Virus record (IMG/VR): IMGVR_UViG_2737471821_000004
From: a virus
Taxonomy: Duplodnaviria > Heunggongvirae > Uroviricota > Caudoviricetes
DNA: 27,699 bases
Strand: one strand, 5' to 3'
Each line of letters begins with the position of its first letter. Position 1 is the first letter of the stretch. The notes beneath the pieces are model-generated. The model was not told the DNA's origin, did no database searches, and saw only the letters and a list, made by a program, of their open reading frames with translations. The translations under genes were made by a program, and so were the position numbers. Shown here one piece after another: positions 1 through 7,621 of this stretch.

Positions 1-129
1 CTATTTATCGGAAGGTTTATCTTGCTGCGGTTTGTTGTTGACCATATCGCACAACATAGAGAGCAGCATTAACCGTACTTTAAAGGGAGAATGACTAAAC
101 ACGCGCATACACCTCTTGAACTCATTCAT
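1..129 (-). CDS. Small hypothetical ORF (42 aa, MNEFKRCMRVFSHSPFKVRLMLLSMLCDMVNNKPQQDKPSDK) in the flank beyond the integrase end
   Basis: Minus-strand ATG at 127-129 with an AGGAGG Shine-Dalgarno 5 nt upstream; in-frame stop at 1-3. Below the ORF-track length cutoff. No family recognised. Confidence 0.25.
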   Translation of the reverse strand: MNEFKRCMRVFSHSPFKVRLMLLSMLCDMVNNKPQQDKPSDK

Positions 130-296
130 AAGACCTCCTGACTTGCTAATCCCGTCGATCCTTGAGGGATGATTGCATTACATACAAATATAGCACAGGC
201 TATATTATAAAGCATCAACTATCTACGAAAAACAATAACTTACAGTGTTATCAATAAGTTACGTTAGTTAATATCTGTGAGTATTCGGCAGTATTT

Positions 297-1337
297 CTAA
301 GCTGTCGCGACATTTTTGCGACATTTTAAGGGGTTAAGTCGCACGGCATCTTCAAGGTGGCTTGGGGCGAAATGGGCATAACGCATTGTCATAGTGATGT
401 CAGCGTGGCCGAGAATTTTTTGCAGAACCAGAATGTTTCCGCCGTTCATCATAAAGTGGCTGGCAAATGTATGGCGCAGTACATGGGTAAGCTGGCCGGA
501 GGGGAGTTCAATGCCTGCACGTTCCAGAGCAGAGCGGAAAGCGTTGTAGCAGGGCTTGGGGAACAGAGCGCCTTTTGTTTCAGGTAATTCGGACAGAAGT
601 TCATCATCAAGGGGAATTGTTCTGTTGCGCTTCCCTTTGGTTTTGACGAACGTGACTTTACCCCCGGCGATCTGGGAGCTTTTCAGCGTTGCCGCCTCAT
701 TCCACCTTGCGCCGGTAGCAAGGCAGATTTTGACAACTAATTCTAGGTACTTAACTTTACTTCGTTTGCATTCCAGTAAAAGCCGATCAATTTCTTCGGT
801 AGTGAGGAAAGCCATTTCGGTTTCATCAGTACGATACTGTCTGACGTTTTCTAGTGGGTTGGGTGCTGACCATTCACCAATCCGTTTCAGCTCGTTGAAC
901 ATAGCCAGGAAGTAAGCATGTTCAAGGTTCATAGTTTTCGGGGAAACCTTAGATACTCTGTTGGTACGGGCATAATGCCCATCCAGCCTTTTAGCGCGGT
1001 AGGCTGTGAACAACTGGGCATTAAATTCTGTGGCCAGCGGGAATCCCATGCATTCCGCCGCCCAGGTCATAGCATTTTTACGCTTTTCGCCATTGCTCAA
1101 AGCTACGCCGTGGCGTTCATACCACATTGTTATCAGATCTATTAAAGTTCGCTTGTCCTTCCCTTCACCCAGCCACGGAGCTGCGTCTACTTTCTGAAGC
1201 GTATGGTTTTCGAATGCCAGGGCTTCCCCTTTCGTGGCAAATTTTTTACGTATACGCTTCCCGTTCTTGCCATTACTGCGGTTGACGGTGTAGAAGTCGG
1301 CGATCCATTCGCCTGTAGGAAGTTTACGAACGCTCAT
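297..1337 (-). CDS. int: Tyrosine site-specific integrase, P2/186 family
   Basis: 346 aa; N-terminus MSVRKLPTGEWIADFYTVNR...GKRIRKKF matches the remembered 186/P2 integrase N-terminus; C-terminal catalytic region HVLRHTFASH ... MTMRYAHF (R, H-x-x-R, Y); sits directly downstream of cI as in 186. Confidence 0.93.
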   Translation of the reverse strand: MSVRKLPTGEWIADFYTVNRSNGKNGKRIRKKFATKGEALAFENHTLQKVDAAPWLGEGKDKRTLIDLITMWYERHGVALSNGEKRKNAMTWAAECMGFPLATEFNAQLFTAYRAKRLDGHYARTNRVSKVSPKTMNLEHAYFLAMFNELKRIGEWSAPNPLENVRQYRTDETEMAFLTTEEIDRLLLECKRSKVKYLELVVKICLATGARWNEAATLKSSQIAGGKVTFVKTKGKRNRTIPLDDELLSELPETKGALFPKPCYNAFRSALERAGIELPSGQLTHVLRHTFASHFMMNGGNILVLQKILGHADITMTMRYAHFAPSHLEDAVRLNPLKCRKNVATA

Positions 1338-1338
1338 T

Positions 1339-1920
1339 TTATTTTATCGTCAGAACAACGCGGCCTATGATTTTTATGTCGTCAATTCCGCAATCAAATG
1401 CCATACCAACACCGCTAACTCTGACTTTTCGTACCGGAATCCGTGTAAGAGTGCGGACGCTTGTTTTTCCTTCAACTTCAACCAACCAATCATCGTCATA
1501 AACTTCAGAATAAGACTGGTCAACAATGTACTGAACAAGGCCATCCAGAACACAAATCGGTTGTTGCGGTAAGGGCTTACCAGGCAGGAAGATGACTTTA
1601 TCAAGCATAAGTGTGCCAGCGTCATAGAGTTGGCCATCAACAATCTTGCTGCGCGGTATTTTGAGTATGTCTAATTCATCATCATTAAATTTACGTCCCT
1701 GTCCTGTCGCCAGCCACTCCAGATTAGCGCCTGTTTCGGCTACACATTTCACGACAATGTCTGCCGGGAAAACTCCACGCTTGTAGCGTGAAGAAAGAGA
1801 ACTGGCTGCCATGTCCAGATGTTCCGCGAGCTGTAACTTCTGCGTAAATCCGTAAGCCTCGATCACCCTGTCAAGAATCGGTGTGCTATCTACGTTTAGG
1901 TCGATTTTAAATGTGCTCAT
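1339..1920 (-). CDS. cI: CI-type immunity repressor (186 CI-like)
   Basis: ORF track gives 1339..1974; start trimmed to the ATG encoding MSTFKIDLNVDS. Strong resemblance to remembered 186 CI (AYGF.QK.QLA, ETGANL.WL.TG, C-terminal GIDDIK..GRVV). Transcribed towards int. Confidence 0.85.
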   Translation of the reverse strand: MSTFKIDLNVDSTPILDRVIEAYGFTQKLQLAEHLDMAASSLSSRYKRGVFPADIVVKCVAETGANLEWLATGQGRKFNDDELDILKIPRSKIVDGQLYDAGTLMLDKVIFLPGKPLPQQPICVLDGLVQYIVDQSYSEVYDDDWLVEVEGKTSVRTLTRIPVRKVRVSGVGMAFDCGIDDIKIIGRVVLTIK

Positions 1921-2055
1921 AGCGAATCCATAAGTCTCGATTCGAGAAATTAAAATTGACACTTCTCGAAACACGAATTAATCTGGCTCCATATTTCGAA
2001 TGTTGCCTTATATAACCCTGTATTGCCGTACAGGTTAACTTGTGGAGTTTGCCTC
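1921..2055. promoter_or_regulatory. Lysis-lysogeny switch region between divergent cI and cox/apl; candidate promoters and operators
   Basis: 135-bp non-coding gap. Palindrome TCTCGATTCGAGA (about 1934-1946) and repeated TTCTCGAA / TTTCGAA half-sites; TTGACA at about 1956-1961 with TAATCT 17 bp downstream (candidate rightward promoter); CTG-N10-CAG palindrome at 2018-2033. Confidence 0.5.
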
Positions 2056-2277
2056 ATGCGTCCGAACATTACAATCATCATCCCTGAGCCATACCTGCCT
2101 TTAGACGAGTATTGCCGCCGTACTGGTACCAACAAAGAAACCGCCAGGAACCTGATCGAATACGGGAAATTACCTATTAAGCCGAAGGGTAAGCAGAAGA
2201 AAGGCTTGGTCGAAGTCAACATGGCCGCGCTCACTATTCAGGCTTTAAGCGAATGTGACATTTCGCTTAACGCGTAA
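2056..2277 (+). CDS. Cox/Apl-like excisionase and transcriptional regulator (HTH)
   Basis: ORF track 2023..2277; likely start at ATG 2056 (MRPNITII..., GGAG 9 nt upstream). HTH segment LPLDEYCRRTGTNKETARNLIEYGKLPIK resembles the P2 Cox HTH; first gene rightward from the switch, as cox/apl. Confidence 0.65.
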   Translation: MRPNITIIIPEPYLPLDEYCRRTGTNKETARNLIEYGKLPIKPKGKQKKGLVEVNMAALTIQALSECDISLNA

Positions 2278-2307
2278 TCCATCCTACGGATTCGGGAGAG
2301 GCAAACA

Positions 2308-2811
2308 ATGTTTGATTACCAGACCTCTAAACATGCGCACTTTGATGCGGCTTGCCGAGCATTTGCAATTGAGCACAATCTTGAAGATGTGGCCGCTGCC
2401 GTTGGTATGAGGCCGCAGATCCTGCGCAACAAACTGAACCCAGCACAACCGCACCGCCTGACCTGTGATGAGCTTTTGGCTATCACGGATTACACCGAAG
2501 ATGCGCGTTTGCTTGATGGGATGTTAGGTCAGATTAACTGCCTTCCATCCGTGCCGGTGAACAATGCCACAGAAGGTAACATGCAGTTGTGCGCACTGAG
2601 TGCCACAGCCAGTGTGGGCGCGATTGCTGGGGAAGCCGTATCAACTGGCTATATGACTGCCGCCCGCCGTACTCAAATTCTGGATCGTGCCCGCGATGCA
2701 ATCCGTAGCTTATCCGTGCTGGCTTATACCGTTGAAAGCCGTATTCACTCTGCGCCTGTTCTGGCTGCGGCGGTGGAGCTGGTCACAACCAACGCCACCG
2801 GCCTGATGTGA
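2308..2811 (+). CDS. cII: CII-like transcriptional activator (186 CII family)
   Basis: 167 aa; MFDYQTSKHAHFDAACRAFA...LRNKLNP.QPH...TDYTED...CLPSVPVN closely follows the remembered 186 CII sequence; correct position after apl. Confidence 0.85.
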   Translation: MFDYQTSKHAHFDAACRAFAIEHNLEDVAAAVGMRPQILRNKLNPAQPHRLTCDELLAITDYTEDARLLDGMLGQINCLPSVPVNNATEGNMQLCALSATASVGAIAGEAVSTGYMTAARRTQILDRARDAIRSLSVLAYTVESRIHSAPVLAAAVELVTTNATGLM

Positions 2812-2820
2812 GGGAACACC

Positions 2821-2994
2821 ATGAAAGCGTTTGTCACTTACCTGAAAAAAGAATCACCAGCCATGCAGTTGCCGAGTGGTTCAACGGGCTGGATAGAACT
2901 GCCAAACGGTCAGCGCTGGAACCCTGGCCACATGTACAAATTCAATGGCCAGCAGCCGCGCCGCCCGTGGTGGCGTCGTCTGATGGGACTATAG
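2821..2994 (+). CDS. Small hypothetical protein (57 aa, MKAFVTYLKKESPAMQLPSGSTGWIELPNGQRWNPGHMYKFNGQQPRRPWWRRLMGL)
   Basis: ATG at 2821 with GAGGGA upstream, 10 nt after the cII stop; ends just before the RBS of the next gene. Too short for the ORF track, and competes with the 5' part of track ORF 2808..3431. Confidence 0.35.
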   Translation: MKAFVTYLKKESPAMQLPSGSTGWIELPNGQRWNPGHMYKFNGQQPRRPWWRRLMGL

Positions 2995-3002
2995 GGGGCG
3001 TT

Positions 3003-3431
3003 ATGGCGATTAGCCAGGAACAGCAAAAGCGCGGGCTGGAGCATTTAAAACAGATCCGCCGCAAATACTTCAACGAAAGCAGCGAGGCCGCTGAATGGTG
3101 GGACAACTTAACACCGGAGTGGCGCGGCGTGGTGCTTCATGCTGCTGCGGTTACTTCTGGTTCCGGGGCATTTAAAGCCCACTTAAGCAAATGTTGCTGG
3201 CGTGAGATTTATGAACGCCTGGGCTATCGGGACATGATTCAACTGCGCCAGGGCATTTCACGGGCGCGGTTAACGTTTGAAGGTTTCGGCAGTTTACGTG
3301 ACAGCGATTTTTCAAAGCGCACCGCGAACCGCCCGATCAAAAAGGCACATCCAATTTATAGCAGTAGTGGGGTACAGATGGTGATTGCACCTCATATCGT
3401 CCATAAGTTCCAGCAACAGGGGAATCACTAA
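3003..3431 (+). CDS. Hypothetical early-region protein (142 aa)
   Basis: Track ORF 2808..3431 trimmed to the internal ATG at 3003 (MAISQEQQ...) preceded by AGGGGG; stop overlaps the next start (TAATG). No family recognised. Confidence 0.5.
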   Translation: MAISQEQQKRGLEHLKQIRRKYFNESSEAAEWWDNLTPEWRGVVLHAAAVTSGSGAFKAHLSKCCWREIYERLGYRDMIQLRQGISRARLTFEGFGSLRDSDFSKRTANRPIKKAHPIYSSSGVQMVIAPHIVHKFQQQGNH

Positions 3432-3832
3432 TGACCATTATTTCCGTTGAGGGTAAATCGTTGGGGGCTGAACTGGCTGTGTGGGGTGTCCCGCATAACT
3501 ACGCTGTAGTGTTTACAGAGAAAAGCACCAGTAAAAATGGCCGCATCGCTTTGCATCCGTTCTTCTTCAATGACACCGAGCACATGACGAATCCGCGTCA
3601 CTGGCTGGCGATCAATGCCGCTTTCTGGTGCTGCGTGTATCGCGAAGCGGAAAGCAAAGAAGCCCAGATAGAAGCGCTGGCGGGGATTCGTGCGATTTTC
3701 TATACAGCCGGGGCGCTGGGAGTTGGCGAGATAAATGCACTGATCCAGGAGTGGTGGCGGACAACCTATGAACTGCACCTGATTCCGGTACCGAACTACT
3801 CAGCTGCCACAGTACACCCCACTTTTCACTAA
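3431..3832 (+). CDS. Hypothetical early-region protein (133 aa)
   Basis: ATG coupled to the upstream stop, RBS AGGGGA; protein-like composition; position equivalent to the fil/dhr/unknown-ORF stretch of 186. Confidence 0.55.
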   Translation: MTIISVEGKSLGAELAVWGVPHNYAVVFTEKSTSKNGRIALHPFFFNDTEHMTNPRHWLAINAAFWCCVYREAESKEAQIEALAGIRAIFYTAGALGVGEINALIQEWWRTTYELHLIPVPNYSAATVHPTFH

Positions 3833-3899
3833 TTAACCGCCTGAATTTTTTGGCCATGTTTCAAGTGGCCGGGGATTCTTTTGCCTTAAGGAAACCAAA

Positions 3900-4133
3900 A
3901 TGCATATGACACGTCAGGATTTACCCGCAACAAAATCAGTCACTGACCTGCTGGCAATGCTCACCAAAGCCACGCAGGAAGGTAAAGCCGCTGCTGCTGA
4001 TTTGTGTTCCACCCGTCTGAATAAGCTGGCCACCCATGCAGCCAATGAAGGTTTAAGCGCAACGGAAATCGTTGAGTTGATCCGCGAAGAAGCCGCGGCG
4101 ATTTGCAGCAAAGGCGGTGCGGCATGGCAATAA
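3900..4133 (+). CDS. Hypothetical small protein (77 aa, Ala-rich helical)
   Basis: ATG 3900 with AAGGAA RBS; 3' end overlaps the dam start by 10 nt (coupling). Confidence 0.45.
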   Translation: MHMTRQDLPATKSVTDLLAMLTKATQEGKAAAADLCSTRLNKLATHAANEGLSATEIVELIREEAAAICSKGGAAWQ

Positions 4134-4984
4134 AAACTCCGCTTAAATGGGTGGGCAGCAAAGCCCGCATTATGCCTATGCTGCGTCCGCACCTTCCAGA
4201 AGGTAAACGCCTGGTTGAACCGTTCGCAGGTTCCTGCGCTGTCATGATGAATACGGATTATGACGAGTATCTGATCGCAGATGTGAATCCTGATCTGGTT
4301 AATCTTTATAAGGCGATGGCGTATCACACTGATGCGCTGCTGAATGAGCTGGAGATCCTGTTTACTGCCGGTTCGTTAGGTGATGAAGAAAGCCGTGCCA
4401 TTTTCTATTACGCAGTGCGTGATGCTTTCAATCTTTCTGGTGGTAAGGCCGGTTCTGAATCTGTTGAAAATGCTGCGCGTTTCCTGTACCTGAATCGCCA
4501 CTGCTTCAATGGCCTGTGCCGGTATAATCGCCGAGGCCAGTTCAACGTCCCGTTCGGTAAGTACAAAAAGCCTTATTTTCCCGCTGATGAAATCCGTGCC
4601 TTTGCTGAAAAAGCGAAACGCGCAACGTTCATTACTGCCCACTATTCAGAAACGCTCGATTTGGTTCGGGACGGGAATGACGTTGTTTACTGTGATCCGC
4701 CTTATCTGACTGAAAGCGACAATTTCACCGCTTACCATGAGCGCGGTTTTTCGCACATGGATCAGGGGAGGCTGGCGCGTAAGTTGCGCCGTCTGGCCAG
4801 AAAAGGTGTGCCGGTTGTGGCCTCTAATGCCGATCTGGAAATGGTGCATTACCTGTACGCCGGATTTGAAGCCGTTCGCATTAATGCCCCACGTAGTGTT
4901 GGTGCCGCAGCTGCAAGCCAGAAAGTTGCCGCAGAGTTAATTCTGAAGTCGCCGCTTGGTTCTATAGCGATGGCCTGCGCATGA
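4124..4984 (+). CDS. dam: DNA adenine methyltransferase (Dam-like, GATC N6-adenine MTase)
   Basis: Track ORF 4103..4984 trimmed to MAIKTPLKWVGSKA. Motifs shared with E. coli Dam: LKW.G.K near the N-terminus, VEPF.G, FLYLNR..FNGLCRYN..G.FNVPFG.YKKPYFP, and catalytic VVYCDPPY. No adjacent restriction endonuclease. Confidence 0.9.
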   Translation: MAIKTPLKWVGSKARIMPMLRPHLPEGKRLVEPFAGSCAVMMNTDYDEYLIADVNPDLVNLYKAMAYHTDALLNELEILFTAGSLGDEESRAIFYYAVRDAFNLSGGKAGSESVENAARFLYLNRHCFNGLCRYNRRGQFNVPFGKYKKPYFPADEIRAFAEKAKRATFITAHYSETLDLVRDGNDVVYCDPPYLTESDNFTAYHERGFSHMDQGRLARKLRRLARKGVPVVASNADLEMVHYLYAGFEAVRINAPRSVGAAAASQKVAAELILKSPLGSIAMACA

Positions 4985-7002
4985 CTCCTGTCGCCAATGG
5001 CCAACATCACGCCGTCGATACCTGGCGGCGTGAAACGTTCGCACCGGGTACACCTACAGACGCCACGCTCACTGAGCGCCGCCTGTGGGCGGTTAACCCG
5101 CAGGATTACGAATGGCGCTCACAGTACCTTCATGAGATACCCGACTGGTTAGCCGGGTATTTTGGCCGTCGTTACGAAAAGCTGTTTGCTGGTCGTGACG
5201 GGCGTCGCCGTGCCAATACATTCCTGCGCCAGACTATCGGCGGGAGTGTATTGCCACGTCTGCGCAAAGTGGCTGCGCGTTACTCGCTGGCCGCTGACGC
5301 TGCTGATCTTCCTTTTGGTAAGTCGCTGGAGCGCTTGCCGTCACTAGACCGTCCTGATCTTAAAAAACTGGCTGGCCAGGTATCTGGTTGGATTTCCCAG
5401 TCACTTTATGACTTCACCGAACAGTTTGACTCTGGCACTGACGACGCCAGAGAGCTGCATCGCCGCACCTTGGAATCATACCGCCATCTTTGCGCGGGTT
5501 GCCTGATGCTGAATAACCAGCCGCCGTACTGGGCTGAACATGAGGCCAATGAAGGTCAACTGGAAATGCGTAAGGCGGAATCCGGGATACTGCGCATGAT
5601 GGCGCCGGAATGGTGGTACCTACGTCTTAAACGTGCGCGTGATATGCAGCGCGAACATATGGCCATCGCGGTGGGACAGGTACAAAAAGCGGCCAGCGCT
5701 TATGTATCCCGCAAAACACTGGACGAATGGATAGACCAGAAAAAGCGGAATCTGGAGTTCTTTAAAAAGTTTGATCTGCTGAATGATGAGGGGCTGCGCA
5801 TTGCACTGGACAGCATGGTGCACCGCAGCGTTGCAAATCCGGCGATCCGTCGATGTGAACTAATGGTAAGAATGCGAGGGTTTGAAGATATGGCCAATGA
5901 AGAAGGGCTGGCCGGTGAGTTTTACACCATCACCGCGCCATCACGTTTCCACGCAGTGCACAGCAAAGGTGGCTTTGTATCGCAATGGGATGGATGTACG
6001 CCGCAGGATACCCAGCGCTATTTATGCGGCGTATGGGCAAAAGCACGCGCAGCGATCTCGCGTGCGGGTATTCATGTATTTGGGTTTCGGGTTGTTGAGC
6101 CTCACCATGACGGGACACCGCACTGGCATATGTTGCTTTTTATGCGTCCGCATGACGTGGACACGGTACGCGATATTCTTTGCTATCACGCCAGAATTAC
6201 CGATTCTGAAGAACTGCAATCTGAAAAGGCGCTGAAGGCGCGTTTTCATGTTGAAGCTATCGATCCCGCCAAAGGTTCGGCCACGGGCTACATCGCGAAA
6301 TACATTTCAAAAAATATTGATGGTTTTGCGCTGGATGGTGAGCATGACGAAGAAACCGGCGAAAACCTGCGTGATATGGCTAAGTCCGTTTCTGCATGGG
6401 CTTCACGCTGGCGTATTCGTCAGTTTCAGCAGATTGGTGGTGCGCCGGTAACTGTCTGGCGTGAGCTGCGTCGGTTGCGGGATCAGGTGCTGACCGATCG
6501 CAGAATGGATGCGGTTCTGGCCGCTGCTGATGTCGGGGACTGGGCTGCATATACCCAGGCGCAGGGCGGTGCACTGGTTGCCCGCCGTGATCTGGTTGTT
6601 CGTCTGGCCTATGAAATTACGGAACAGGGCAACGAGTATGCAGAGGACGTGCAGCGCATACAGGGGGTTTATTCTCCTTTGGTTCCTGATTCAGAAGTTT
6701 GCACCCGTCTGGTTAAGTGGCAAAAGGTTGCGAAGTTGGCCGAAGCGCCAGCGGAGGCGGGTTTTTCTGGCGGCAACGCCGCCCCTTGGAGTTCTGTCAA
6801 TAACTGTACGGAGGGGGGAACCCGCAGACGGTTAAAACTGGAATTACGCAGTCGGGGTTTTGATGGTTCTGATGAAGAAATAGCCATTCTCTTGCGGGGT
6901 AGTGGTTTGAGATTTGGTCAGGGCGCTCTGATTTACCGCAACGGGCGGCTTAAAGAGACTCAAAACGAGCCATTGCAGGAACTGTGGCCGGGGTGGTTAT
7001 AG
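4981..7002 (+). CDS. A: Replication initiation protein A (HUH rolling-circle endonuclease, P2 gpA / 186 A family)
   Basis: 673 aa; HUH-type motif PHWHMLLF and tyrosine motif YIAKYISKNIDG; ATGA overlap with the dam stop; position matches P2/186 gene A. Confidence 0.88.
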   Translation: MTPVANGQHHAVDTWRRETFAPGTPTDATLTERRLWAVNPQDYEWRSQYLHEIPDWLAGYFGRRYEKLFAGRDGRRRANTFLRQTIGGSVLPRLRKVAARYSLAADAADLPFGKSLERLPSLDRPDLKKLAGQVSGWISQSLYDFTEQFDSGTDDARELHRRTLESYRHLCAGCLMLNNQPPYWAEHEANEGQLEMRKAESGILRMMAPEWWYLRLKRARDMQREHMAIAVGQVQKAASAYVSRKTLDEWIDQKKRNLEFFKKFDLLNDEGLRIALDSMVHRSVANPAIRRCELMVRMRGFEDMANEEGLAGEFYTITAPSRFHAVHSKGGFVSQWDGCTPQDTQRYLCGVWAKARAAISRAGIHVFGFRVVEPHHDGTPHWHMLLFMRPHDVDTVRDILCYHARITDSEELQSEKALKARFHVEAIDPAKGSATGYIAKYISKNIDGFALDGEHDEETGENLRDMAKSVSAWASRWRIRQFQQIGGAPVTVWRELRRLRDQVLTDRRMDAVLAAADVGDWAAYTQAQGGALVARRDLVVRLAYEITEQGNEYAEDVQRIQGVYSPLVPDSEVCTRLVKWQKVAKLAEAPAEAGFSGGNAAPWSSVNNCTEGGTRRRLKLELRSRGFDGSDEEIAILLRGSGLRFGQGALIYRNGRLKETQNEPLQELWPGWL

Positions 7003-7079
7003 CGGTGTAATTATGTGAAAGGCATTCATTTGTCAGTAGATGGCAGGAAATTAAATTTCACAATTCGTGCTTTAAGGTG

Positions 7080-7099
7080 TACTGTATGTATATCCAGTT
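7080..7099 (+). promoter_or_regulatory. LexA (SOS) box-like site
   Basis: TACTGTATGTATATCCAGTT matches the E. coli LexA consensus TACTGTATATATATACAGTA at 17 of 20 positions, with CTG and CAG arms at the correct spacing; lies about 25-40 bp upstream of the ATG at 7122. Confidence 0.5.
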
Positions 7100-7121
7100 A
7101 TTTATTGCTTGTGGGGGCTAA

Positions 7122-7328
7122 ATGGATCTTTTGGAGGCGTCGGCACAGCTGGAACGCATTGAGTTATTGGCCAAAATTGCCCATGTTTACGAAAGTAACC
7201 AGAGAGAAAAAACAATCGCTTTGGCCTGGATTGGAGAGCTTGCGGGAGAGGTTCGCGAAATAGTTAAAAAGGAAGGGCAACGCCCCCAGAATGGGGGCAT
7301 TTCAGGCGGCGGGAGTCGCTTTCAGTAG
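7122..7328 (+). CDS. Small hypothetical protein (68 aa) downstream of the SOS box; possible Tum-position antirepressor
   Basis: ATG 7122 with GGGGGC RBS; helical, protein-like sequence; occupies the post-A position where 186 carries LexA-controlled tum. No sequence similarity to Tum or DinI could be confirmed by eye. Confidence 0.4.
   Translation: MDLLEASAQLERIELLAKIAHVYESNQREKTIALAWIGELAGEVREIVKKEGQRPQNGGISGGGSRFQ
7282..7298 (-). terminator. GC-rich hairpin downstream of the ogr-like gene (candidate terminator)
   Basis: GCCCCC-AGAAT-GGGGGC perfect 6-bp stem just after the minus-strand stop at 7302; the T-tract on the minus strand is displaced about 10 nt, so only a weak intrinsic terminator. 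Confidence 0.3.
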
Positions 7329-7571
7329 GTCTAATGCCATCTGGCGCTGATCGGGTGAAAGTGCATTCAGTATTTTTTGCACCATCGCATCACCCGTTTT
7401 AGCGCTGGGGCTGAGAGTGTGGGAGAACGTCAGATTCATAACAAACGTGTGGCCACACTCAACATCTGAACAGGCACAGTAAATATCGGCAATCTGCCGG
7501 TGCTTCCTGTTTGTTTTACGAATAACAGCCTTTGAGCCGCATTCCGGGCATTCGATTTTCAGAACTCGCAT
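7302..7571 (-). CDS. ogr: Ogr/Delta-family zinc-finger late-gene transcription activator
   Basis: Track ORF 7302..7625 trimmed to the ATG encoding MRVLKIECPECGSKA...YCACSDVECGHTF; Cys-x2-Cys ... Cys-x4-Cys spacing and the trailing TF parallel P2 Ogr (HCPLCQHAA...HQCQNVNCSATF). Confidence 0.8.
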   Translation of the reverse strand: MRVLKIECPECGSKAVIRKTNRKHRQIADIYCACSDVECGHTFVMNLTFSHTLSPSAKTGDAMVQKILNALSPDQRQMALDLLKATPAA

Positions 7572-7621
7572 ATTCCATGCTCCAGCTGTTAAATGATGCC
7601 TGGATTTTAGCCTCTTTCGCC

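Noticed and set aside
130-296. tRNA or tmRNA gene fragment as integration target
   Set aside because: No cloverleaf-compatible segment or GTTCGAATCC-type T-loop found on either strand; only a short inverted repeat.
2808-3431. Single 207-aa GTG-initiated ORF from the track
   Set aside because: Its first 65 codons overlap a better ATG-initiated 57-aa ORF in another frame with an RBS, and an internal ATG at 3003 has its own strong RBS; split into two genes instead. Could be revisited with expression data.
7015-7263. 82-aa GTG-initiated ORF overlapping the LexA-box region
   Set aside because: Starts upstream of and reads through the putative promoter and operator; Trp/Arg/Cys-rich, unlike a real protein; the 7122..7328 ORF with an RBS is preferred.
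7305-7330. Possible cos site (GGCGGCGGGAGTCGCTTT resembling the G-rich P2/186 cohesive end)
   Set aside because: Only a loose resemblance to the remembered P2/186 19-nt cos sequences, and it lies inside overlapping coding sequence; cos cannot be located from sequence alone here.
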